From: an uncultured Planctomycetota bacterium
GTDB lineage: Bacteria > Planctomycetota > PLA2 > JAEUHO01
DNA: 64,000 nucleotides
Reading direction: 5' to 3'
Assembly: GCA_963752285.1 (NCBI GenBank)
Contig: CAVVXN010000004.1
Coordinates: 96,001 to 160,000, forward strand
Each line of letters opens with the position of its first letter. The stretch's first letter is position 1. Made by a program: the position numbers and the translations under genes. Positions 56,293 to 64,000 of this stretch are shown here, piece after piece. The notes under the pieces are model-generated. The model ran no database searches, was not told the origin of the DNA, and saw only the letters and a program-made list of their open reading frames with translations.

Positions 56293-56949
56293 ATGGACCT
56301 GGCCATCACCACCCTCGTCGTCGGGCCGTTCCAGCAGAACTGCCGGCTCGTCGCGGACCGCGCGAGCGGCCAGGCCGTCCTCGTGGACCCCGGCGACGAG
56401 CCCGACCGCATCCTCGAGGCCGTGAAGGAGAGCGGGGCGCTCGTCCGCTACGTCCTCGCGACCCACGCCCACCTCGACCACGTGGGCGCGGTCGCGCCGG
56501 TCCAGCGGGCGCTGAAGGCGCCCTTCGCGCTCCACGCGGCCGACCTCCCCCTGCTCCAGGCCCTCCCCGAGCACGGACGGATGTTCGGGATCGGGGGCCT
56601 CGAGGTTCCGGTGGTGGGCATGGACCTCGCGCTCACGCCGGAGATCCCGTTCGCGGACGGGCACATCCGCGTGCTCGCCACGCCCGGGCACACGCCCGGC
56701 GGGGTGACGTTCCTCTTCGGCGCGGACGGGTTCTTCGGCGACACCCTCTTCCGGGGATCCGTGGGGCGCACGGACCTCGGGGGCGACGCGCAGGCGTACG
56801 CGAAGACGCTCCGGGACGTCGTGCTCGCGCTCCCCGACGAGACCGTCGTCTACTCCGGCCACGGTCCGGACAGCACGATCGGGGAGGAGCGCCTGCGGAA
56901 CCCGTTCCTCAACGGAGAGGTCCGGATCGACGACCCGGCCTTCCTCTGA
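56293..56949 (+). CDS. MBL-fold metallo-hydrolase (glyoxalase II-like)
   Basis: THAHLDH, TPGHTPG, GDTLF.GSVGRTD, SGHG, NPFL. Confidence 0.92.
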   Translation: MDLAITTLVVGPFQQNCRLVADRASGQAVLVDPGDEPDRILEAVKESGALVRYVLATHAHLDHVGAVAPVQRALKAPFALHAADLPLLQALPEHGRMFGIGGLEVPVVGMDLALTPEIPFADGHIRVLATPGHTPGGVTFLFGADGFFGDTLFRGSVGRTDLGGDAQAYAKTLRDVVLALPDETVVYSGHGPDSTIGEERLRNPFLNGEVRIDDPAFL

Positions 56950-56997
56950 CGAGCCCCCGCGGCGCGGCGGTTCCGAAGGGGCGCCGTCGCGCGGCCC

Positions 56998-59781
56998 TCA
57001 GCGGGCGCCGAGCGCGGCCCGCACGTCGTCGCGGGCGAGCAGCCGTCCGAGGTCCGGGTCGCGCGTCCACGAGACGTCGGGGCGCAGACCGAGACGGACC
57101 GCCTCGAGGAGCGCCTCCGCGCCACCGTCGAGGTCGCCACGGTGTGCGCGCACGCGGGCGAGGACCAGCCGGACGTCCGCGGCCGCCGGGTCCGAGGCCG
57201 CGGCGTGCTCGAGGCGTTGCGCCGCCTCGTCCCACCGGCCTCGGAGCACGAGCGCCGCCCCCTCGGCGGCGTGGCCGTCGGCGTAGAGCCGGCGCGCCGC
57301 CTCGCCGTCGACCCGCCGTGCCACCTTCGCCGCCTCGAGCTCGATCGAGGCCACGCCGTCGAGCCGGTCCGCGTCGGCCGCGCCCGGCTGCGGCGGCCGG
57401 GACGTCGCCCAGGCCGCCAACGCGCGCCACTCCGCGTAGGCGCGACGGTATCGCTTGCCCTCCGCGTCCAGCCGCGCTTCGGCCGTGAACGACTCGGGCC
57501 CCATCGCGTCGGCGCGCAGCAGGCCGGCGAAGCGAAGGGCGGCCGCCCCGTACGCGCGCTCGGCGTCGTCGATCGGCGTCGCCGCGGCGGCGGGGCCCGT
57601 CCCGCCCGCGGCCTTCTCGCGCCGGCTCCCCGTCTCGAGGAACCGCCTCGCCTCGTCCTCGACGAACCGTCCGAGCGGCGGGTCCACGCGCACGGCGAGC
57701 TCGAGGACGCCCGCCGCGAGGGCGGCCGGCACCGTCTTCTGGAGCTCCGCGATCCGGAACGACTCGAGCAGGATCTCCGCCGTCTCCGGATGCGCGGCGA
57801 GCACGTTCAGGGCCTCGGCCTGGCGGCGCACCAGCTCGCCCACGTCGGACGAGGAGAGCCGCCCGCCGGGCACCGCGGCGCCCAGCGCCGCCGCCGCCTC
57901 GGGCGCGACCTCGTCGAGCGCGCGGTGGACGGCCTCGGCCGCGCCCGAGAGGTCGCCGCGGCGCCGCGCGAGGCGCGAGAGCGCGACGTCGTACTCGAAG
58001 CGGCCCGGCGCCAGGGCGTGCGCCTCGTTGTAGTGACGCAACGCCTCGACGAGGTTCGCGCCGGGGGGGGCCGGATCGCCCGGGACGGGCTCCTCGCCGA
58101 GCGCAAGGTGCCCGAGCCGGAGCGGCAGGTCGAACCGGGTGGGATCGACCTCCCGTGCCGCCTCGAGGCGCGCGCGGGCCGCGTCGGGGTCGCCCGAGAT
58201 CCGGTCGAGCTCGGCGAGGTCGAGGCGTGCCTCCGTCATGCCGGGGTCCGCGCGGAGCGCCTCGGCGTAGGCCTTCCGCGCACGCGCGGCGTCGTGGAAC
58301 CTCGCCCAGTGGACGCCGAGGCGGTACCACGCCTCGGGATGGTCGGGCCGCCACGCGAGCGCGCCCTCCTCCAGGTGCGCCCTCGCGAGCGCGAGCGCCG
58401 GCGCGGGAAGGGGGCCCGTCGCGATCCCGTCGCGGTACGCGCGGAGGTGGCGGTCGGCGGCGGCGTCCCTTCCGAGGACGCTCGCGCCCGCGAGGAGGAC
58501 CAGGCCGAGCGCGCCGAGCGCGAACGACGCCCCGCGCGCCGGACCGGGCGCCCGCGACCGCCGCGCGAGCTCGCGCGCGACGAGGCCGCCCGCGAGGACG
58601 CCCGCGAGGAGCGCGCCCGCCGGGTCGAGGAGGACGTCCTCGCCGAGCGACGCGACGAAGAGCGTGGCCAGGGCGCCAGCGTCCGCGAGCGGACCCGCCC
58701 GCGCGTCCGCGCGACGGGCCGCCCGCGCCGCGCGGGCGCCGACGACCAGGACGCCCAGCGCGAAGACGAGCACCGCGAGGCCGGCGGGCACCCCGCCCTC
58801 CGCGGCGGCGTGGAGGGCGTCGTCGTGCGCGACGCGGGGGCGTGCGCCGCGCGAGACGCGCGCCTCCTCCAGGCTCCGGACGCGGAGCACCTCCGTCGGG
58901 AACGAGCCGAGGCCCTGGCCCGTGAGGGGCGCCTCCACCACGAGGCGAGCGCTCGCGGACCAGAGCCCGAGGCGCACGAGCACCGTCTCGCCGCCGCCGG
59001 GCAGGGGCAGGCGTCCCGCCACGGCCGCGAGCGTGGCAAGGAGCACCGCCGCCGCGCTGCCCCACAGCGCCGCGCGCGCGGCCCGCGCGCGCCCGCCCGT
59101 GGCCCGCGCGCCGAGGACCACGAGGGTGCCGAGCAGGCCTGCGACGAGGCCGACGCGGCTCCGCGTCGCGAGGACGCCGGCCGCGAGGAGGGCGGGGGCG
59201 ATCCAGAGGAGGCGCGGCGCGGCGCGGTTCGCCCTCGCGACCGAGAGCACGAGGAGCGCGGCGAGTACCGGGCCCGCGACGCCGGGGCGTCCGAAGGGGC
59301 CGACGCCCACGCCGCCGCGAAGGACCGCGTCCGCGACCGTCCAGGCGGCGGCGAGCGCGCCCGCGAAGGCGAGGAGGCGCGCGGTGCGGTCCGCGTCCTC
59401 CTCCGTCTCGGTCCGCGCGCACGCGAGCGCGAGGCCCGCGATCGAGAGCCAGGGGGCGGCCTCGCGGAGGCGCGCGGTCCACGTCGCCACGGCGTGCGGT
59501 CCGAGGAGCGCCGTGGCGGGCACGACGAGCGGGACGACGAGCAGCCAGGAGGCCGCGCCTCCGAGGCGCCGCACGGGGAGGACCGCCGCCAACCCCAGGC
59601 CGAGCGCCGCGAGGAGCGGGACGAGGGCGCCGCGGATCACGTCGCCGCGCGTGAAGAGCCCCGGCCCGTCGGCGAGGAGCGCGAAGGCCGCGCCCCAGCC
59701 GATCACCCGGACGGCGAGCGTCGAGCGTCCCATCCCCCCTCCGACGCCGGACGGGGGCCGGGTCCTGCTCGCGAGGTCCAT
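56998..59781 (-). CDS. O-antigen ligase-like membrane domain fused to TPR repeats
   Basis: Many TM helices; TRSRVG, RLGLW, PLTGQGLGSF, AHDDALHAAAEGG; C-terminal TPRs. Confidence 0.75.
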   Translation of the reverse strand: MDLASRTRPPSGVGGGMGRSTLAVRVIGWGAAFALLADGPGLFTRGDVIRGALVPLLAALGLGLAAVLPVRRLGGAASWLLVVPLVVPATALLGPHAVATWTARLREAAPWLSIAGLALACARTETEEDADRTARLLAFAGALAAAWTVADAVLRGGVGVGPFGRPGVAGPVLAALLVLSVARANRAAPRLLWIAPALLAAGVLATRSRVGLVAGLLGTLVVLGARATGGRARAARAALWGSAAAVLLATLAAVAGRLPLPGGGETVLVRLGLWSASARLVVEAPLTGQGLGSFPTEVLRVRSLEEARVSRGARPRVAHDDALHAAAEGGVPAGLAVLVFALGVLVVGARAARAARRADARAGPLADAGALATLFVASLGEDVLLDPAGALLAGVLAGGLVARELARRSRAPGPARGASFALGALGLVLLAGASVLGRDAAADRHLRAYRDGIATGPLPAPALALARAHLEEGALAWRPDHPEAWYRLGVHWARFHDAARARKAYAEALRADPGMTEARLDLAELDRISGDPDAARARLEAAREVDPTRFDLPLRLGHLALGEEPVPGDPAPPGANLVEALRHYNEAHALAPGRFEYDVALSRLARRRGDLSGAAEAVHRALDEVAPEAAAALGAAVPGGRLSSSDVGELVRRQAEALNVLAAHPETAEILLESFRIAELQKTVPAALAAGVLELAVRVDPPLGRFVEDEARRFLETGSRREKAAGGTGPAAAATPIDDAERAYGAAALRFAGLLRADAMGPESFTAEARLDAEGKRYRRAYAEWRALAAWATSRPPQPGAADADRLDGVASIELEAAKVARRVDGEAARRLYADGHAAEGAALVLRGRWDEAAQRLEHAAASDPAAADVRLVLARVRAHRGDLDGGAEALLEAVRLGLRPDVSWTRDPDLGRLLARDDVRAALGAR

Positions 59782-59825
59782 GCGCTCCTCGTCCTCCCGG
59801 CCCCGGCCGACGGCCGCACCCGTCT

Positions 59826-60737
59826 TCACGAGAAGAGCGCGGCCGAGAAGGCCTTCGCGTCGAACGGCTCCACGTCCTCGATGCCCTCGCCCACGCCGAT
59901 GAACTTCACCGGCACGCCCACGACGCCCTGGACCGAGAGCACGGCGCCGCCCTTCGCGGTTCCGTCGAGCTTGCTCACGAAGAGACCCGTCACGTGCGCG
60001 ACCTCGTGGAAGAGCTGCGCCTGGCGGACGGCGTTCTGGCCCGTCGTCGCATCGAGCACGAGCAGCACCTCGTGCGGCGCACCCGGACACGCCTTGCCCA
60101 CGGCGCGCCGGATCTTCCCGAGCTCCTGCATCAGGTTCTCCTGCGTGTGCAGGCGGCCGGCCGTGTCGATGATGACGTAGTCGCGCCCGCGTGCGCGCCC
60201 CGCCGACACCGCGTCGAACGAGACGGCCGCCGGGTCGGCGCCCGTCGGCTGCTTGACGATCTCGACGCCGTTCCGCTCGCTCCAGATCGTGAGCTGCTCG
60301 ACCGCGGCGGCGCGGAACGTGTCGCCCGCCCCGAGCACCACCGAGCGCCCCTGGCGTCTCAGCCACGCGGTGAGCTTGCCGATCGACGTCGTCTTGCCCG
60401 AGCCGTTCACGCCGCAGACGAGCACCACGGTTGGCGGCGCGGCCTCGTGCGCGAGCTCGTTCCCGCCCTGGGACAGCCGCCGCTCCACCTCGGCCTGGAG
60501 GAACGGAAGCACCTCCTCGGCCGAACGCAGGCGCCCGCGCTTCCAGCCCTCGCGCACCGCGTCGAGGAGCGCCGTCGTGACGGAGGGACCGACGTCCGCG
60601 AGGAGCAGCGTCTCCTCGAGCTCCGCGAGCAGATCCTCGTCGATCCTCCGGCCGAGGGTCAGGACACCGCGCAGGCCGTCGGCGAGACGGCTGCGCGTCT
60701 TCGAGAGTCCCGAGCGGAGCTTCTGGAACAGTCCCAT
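59826..60737 (-). CDS. ftsY: Signal recognition particle receptor FtsY
   Basis: GVNGSGKTT, DTFRAAA, DTAGRLH, DATTGQN, KLDGTAKGG. Confidence 0.98.
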   Translation of the reverse strand: MGLFQKLRSGLSKTRSRLADGLRGVLTLGRRIDEDLLAELEETLLLADVGPSVTTALLDAVREGWKRGRLRSAEEVLPFLQAEVERRLSQGGNELAHEAAPPTVVLVCGVNGSGKTTSIGKLTAWLRRQGRSVVLGAGDTFRAAAVEQLTIWSERNGVEIVKQPTGADPAAVSFDAVSAGRARGRDYVIIDTAGRLHTQENLMQELGKIRRAVGKACPGAPHEVLLVLDATTGQNAVRQAQLFHEVAHVTGLFVSKLDGTAKGGAVLSVQGVVGVPVKFIGVGEGIEDVEPFDAKAFSAALFS

Positions 60738-60775
60738 CTCGTCTCCCTGTCCGATCCGTCAGGGGCCGCGCGCGC

Positions 60776-61198
60776 TCACACCACGCCCCGGTCCCGGCGG
60801 ATCCGATCGAGGATGCCGTTGATGAACGCGCCGGACGCCTCCGTCGAGTAGCGCTTGCCGAGCTCGATCGCCTCGTTGATGGCGACCTTCATCGGCACCT
60901 GGTCCTCGAAGAGGAGCTCGTAGCACCCGATCCGGAGCGCGTTCCGGTCCACCACCGCCATGCGTTCGAGGCCCCAGTTCTTCGCGGCTTCGGCGAGGAG
61001 CCGGTCGATCTCGTCCGCATGGAGGCGGACGCCGTCCACGAGCCGGCGCGCGTATTCGGAGGCCTCCTCGGCCCCCGGCTTGCCATGGAGGGCGCGCGCG
61101 AGGAAGCCGTCCAGCTCGTCGCGGCACGACCCGCGGTGCAGGTCGAGCTGGTAGAGGAACTGCAGGGCCAGCTCCCGCGCGCGCGTTCGAACCCGCAT
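60776..61198 (-). CDS. nusB: Transcription antitermination factor NusB
   Basis: RARELALQFLYQ, NWGLERMAVVDRNALR, VAINEAIELGK, FINGILD. Confidence 0.97.
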   Translation of the reverse strand: MRVRTRARELALQFLYQLDLHRGSCRDELDGFLARALHGKPGAEEASEYARRLVDGVRLHADEIDRLLAEAAKNWGLERMAVVDRNALRIGCYELLFEDQVPMKVAINEAIELGKRYSTEASGAFINGILDRIRRDRGVV

Positions 61199-61214
61199 CC
61201 CGTCGTCTCCGCCG

Positions 61215-61718
61215 TCAGGACCGGATCCGCGTCTCGAGTCGGCGGAAGAGGACGGCGAGGCGCACCGCGGCGTCCGCCGCCTCCGCGCCCTTGTTCCCGC
61301 CCTTCTGGGAGACGCCGCCCCCCTCCGTCCCGCTCCGCGCGAGCGCCTGCTCCTTCGTGTCGGCCGTGATCACGCCGAGCCCCACGGCGATCCCGGTCTC
61401 CTGGGCCGCCGCGAGGCACCCGTCCGTCGCGAGGCGGGCGACGTGATCGAAGTGGGGGGTCTCGCCGCGGATCACGCACCCGATCGCCACGACCGCGTCC
61501 GCCATCTGGGCGCGCGCGATCCACATCGCCGCCTGCGGCAGCTCGAACGCGCCGGGGACCTCGAGCAGGAGCACGTCGCCGTCGGCGACGCCGAGCGAGG
61601 AGAGGGTCTCGAGCGCCGCCGCGCGAAGCCGGTCGGTCACGTCCGCGTGCCATCGCGCGACGAGGACCGCGACCTTGAGGCCGCGGCCGTCCGCCTCGCT
61701 CGGGATCGTGTGCGTCAT
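61215..61718 (-). CDS. ribH: 6,7-dimethyl-8-ribityllumazine synthase
   Basis: VARW, VPGAFELP, GCVIRGETPHFD, QALARS, NKG. Confidence 0.96.
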   Translation of the reverse strand: MTHTIPSEADGRGLKVAVLVARWHADVTDRLRAAALETLSSLGVADGDVLLLEVPGAFELPQAAMWIARAQMADAVVAIGCVIRGETPHFDHVARLATDGCLAAAQETGIAVGLGVITADTKEQALARSGTEGGGVSQKGGNKGAEAADAAVRLAVLFRRLETRIRS

Positions 61719-61833
61719 GAGAAAGACCCTCGGGGCGGCGAATCGTACCGCCGGCTGCGCGCGCCGAGGCCGAGAGAAGGGGCGCGGACCCGGCACCGGC
61801 CCGCCTGCCGCCCTCCGGGTAGGATCCCGCTCC

Positions 61834-63045
61834 ATGACGTCGGTCGAGGAGGCGCTCGCCGAGGTCGCCCGGGCCCTCCCGGCGGCGACCCCCGCCCGGG
61901 AGGCGGTCCCGATCGACGCCGCGTTCCGGCGGGTCCTCGCCGCCGACGTCGCGATGGACCACGACGTCCCGGGGTTTCGCCGCTCGTCGATGGACGGCTA
62001 CGCGCTCGCCTCGGACCTCGTCCGCGCGGGGGCGCGCGTGCCGCTCTCGGGACGCGTCCTCGCGGGCGACCCGCCGCCGCCGCCGCTCGTGCGGGGGACG
62101 GCGGTCGCGATCACGACCGGGGCGCCGCTCCCCGAAGGCGCGGACCGCGTGGTGCCCGTCGAGTGGACGCGCCGCGAGGGCGACCACGTCGTGGTGGACG
62201 AGGTCCTGGCGGATGCGAGCTACGTCGTCGAGGCCGGCGCGTTCGCGCGCCGCGGCGAAGTGGTGGTCCACGCGGGAACCCGCCTCGGCGCGGGGCACCT
62301 CTCGGCGCTCGCGACGGCGGGCGTCGCCGAGGTCGCCGTGTTCCGGCGGCCCGAGGTCGCCGTGCTCGGGACCGGAAGCGAGCTCGTGGACGTCGGCGCG
62401 CCGGTCCCGCCCGGTCACGTGCGGAACTCGAACGGCGTGATGCTCCGCGCGCAGGCGCGGTCCCGTGGCGCCGAGGTGCTCGACCTGGGGATCGTCCCCG
62501 ACGACCGCGAGCGCCTCGGCGCGGCGGTCCGCGCGGGCCTCTCGGCCGACGTGCTGGTCCTGTCGGGCGGCGTGAGCCTCGGCGAGGCGGACCTCGTGCC
62601 CGCCGTGCTCGAGGCCGAAGGCGTGACGTGTCGCTTCCACCACTGGGGCGTGCAGCCCGGCGGTCCCCTCTGGTTCGGCGCGCGCGGGGAGACGCTCGTG
62701 TTCGGGCTCCCCGGGAACCCCGCCGCGTCCTTCGTCGGGTTCGTGCTCCTCGTCGCACCCGCGATCGCCGCGCAGTCGGGGACCCCGTTCGCGCCGCGCG
62801 AGGTCCGCCGCGCGCGGTACGAAGGGACGTGGGGGAAGCCGATCCACCGGCGTCGATTCCGACCGGCGCGTCTTCGGACCGGCGACGACGGGACGCTCGT
62901 GGCCGTCGCAACGCCGTGGCGCGGCTCCGGCGACCCGCTCGTCGCGGCGCCGGCCGACGCGCTCGTCGTGCTGCCCGAGGACGCGCCCCGACCCGCGGAC
63001 CCCGCCCCCCTCGTGGACGTCGTGCTGCTCGAGGAGGGGACGTGA
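61834..63045 (+). CDS. moeA: Molybdopterin molybdotransferase MoeA
   Basis: SSMDGYA, ITTGAPLPEGAD, TGSEL, RNSN, SGGVSLG, GLPGNP. Confidence 0.95.
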   Translation: MTSVEEALAEVARALPAATPAREAVPIDAAFRRVLAADVAMDHDVPGFRRSSMDGYALASDLVRAGARVPLSGRVLAGDPPPPPLVRGTAVAITTGAPLPEGADRVVPVEWTRREGDHVVVDEVLADASYVVEAGAFARRGEVVVHAGTRLGAGHLSALATAGVAEVAVFRRPEVAVLGTGSELVDVGAPVPPGHVRNSNGVMLRAQARSRGAEVLDLGIVPDDRERLGAAVRAGLSADVLVLSGGVSLGEADLVPAVLEAEGVTCRFHHWGVQPGGPLWFGARGETLVFGLPGNPAASFVGFVLLVAPAIAAQSGTPFAPREVRRARYEGTWGKPIHRRRFRPARLRTGDDGTLVAVATPWRGSGDPLVAAPADALVVLPEDAPRPADPAPLVDVVLLEEGT

Positions 63046-64000
63046 GCGGGGAGACGTCGCCGCGAAGGAGCCTCGCGCGGCGGACCCTCCTCCTCTACGC
63101 CCACCCGGGCGCGGGAACGGGGTGGCTCCTCCTCCTCGCCGGCCTCGTGCTGGAGACGCTCTCGCTCCCCCCCGGCCCCGCGCCCGTCCTGGTCCTCGCG
63201 GCGGACGTCCCGTTCCTCTGGCTCGCGGGCGGCGCCGCGAACGGACGCTGGCGGCGTTGGACCCTCCTCTACGCGCTCCTCCACTTCGGTCTCGCCCTCC
63301 GCTGGCTCGGCGAGGTCCACCCGGCCGAGGTCCTCGGCGCCGCGGTCGTGCTCGCCCCGGTCCTCTTCCTCGCGGCGGCGCTCCTCCGGGTCGCCGTCCG
63401 ACGCGGCGCGCCCTACCTCGTCGCCGTCCCCTCGGTCTTGGTGCTCGAAGAGCTCCTCCGCACGGTCTGGTTCGGGGGCATGCCGTGGCCCTCGCGTTCG
63501 CTCGCCTTCGCCGAGCTGCCGGCGCGGCTGGGGGACCCGCTCCTCGCGTCCACCGCGTACGTCGGCGGCTACGGGCTCGTCTTCCTCGCGGCGGCCTCGG
63601 GCGCCGCGCTCGCCGCGCTCCGGCCCGCCTGGGCGCTCCCGCGGCGCGTCGTCCCGCCGGCGGCTCCCTCGCGCGCGGCCTGGGCCGGGCTCCTCCTTCC
63701 GGCGCTGGTCCTCGCGGCGCTCCTCGGGCTCGGGGCGCTGCGCCGGGCCGACGTCGCGGGGCGTCTCGCCTCCGGCGAGATCCTCGACTCCGGCGGCGCG
63801 CGGCTCGTCGCGGCGCAGGGCGCGATCCCGCAGGACCTGAAGCACGCCGATGCGAGCGACGCGCCCATGCGGATCTACCAGACGCACCTCGGCCTGACGA
63901 GGGACGCGCTCGACGCGGAGGCGCGCGCGGGCCACCGCGTCCTGGCCGTCCTCTGGCCCGAGACGATGATCCCGTGGATCTTCCTCACGAGCGAGCTGGC
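63042..64000 (+). CDS. lnt: Apolipoprotein N-acyltransferase, 3' truncated by window
   Basis: Translated by hand (absent from the ORF track): TM helices, EELLR..GGMPW, QGAIPQDLK, LWPET; GTG overlaps the moeA stop. Confidence 0.85.
   Translation, partial: MSGETSPRRSLARRTLLLYAHPGAGTGWLLLLAGLVLETLSLPPGPAPVLVLAADVPFLWLAGGAANGRWRRWTLLYALLHFGLALRWLGEVHPAEVLGAAVVLAPVLFLAAALLRVAVRRGAPYLVAVPSVLVLEELLRTVWFGGMPWPSRSLAFAELPARLGDPLLASTAYVGGYGLVFLAAASGAALAALRPAWALPRRVVPPAAPSRAAWAGLLLPALVLAALLGLGALRRADVAGRLASGEILDSGGARLVAAQGAIPQDLKHADASDAPMRIYQTHLGLTRDALDAEARAGHRVLAVLWPETMIPWIFLTSEL

Overview
Very GC-rich bacterial chromosome segment, probably Planctomycetota. That assignment is inferred from gene orders such as recO-bamD-lptE-ftsH and ribH-nusB-ftsY plus many HEAT/TPR secreted proteins. 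About 60 real CDSs were separated from many GC-driven shadow ORFs. Most are housekeeping: pnp, rpsO, ruvX, alr, tsaB, glmM, cdaA/cdaR-like, folP, ftsH, lptE, bamD, recO, ruvC, ispD/ispF, moaD/moaE/moeA, wecB, mqnC/mqnE, ftsY, nusB, ribH and lnt. No tRNA, rRNA, CRISPR array, integrase or transposase was seen. Most notable items: (1) an 899-aa tandem tyrosine phenol-lyase whose two halves lost complementary active-site residues, predicting one hybrid active site; (2) a promoter-to-terminator ~200-nt candidate sRNA transcribed divergently from a non-cleavable LexA/CI-like repressor, with palindromic operators; (3) an intact IspF homologue lacking all zinc ligands, divergent from an altered IspD; (4) an exported peroxiredoxin with in-frame UGA (selenocysteine) and a SECIS-like hairpin; (5) a 43-bp direct/inverted repeat element between ruvC and ispD; (6) apparently pervasive leaderless transcription. 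Two homopolymer frameshifts (ftsH, bamD) look like sequencing errors. All family calls come from motif recognition by eye, not database searches.
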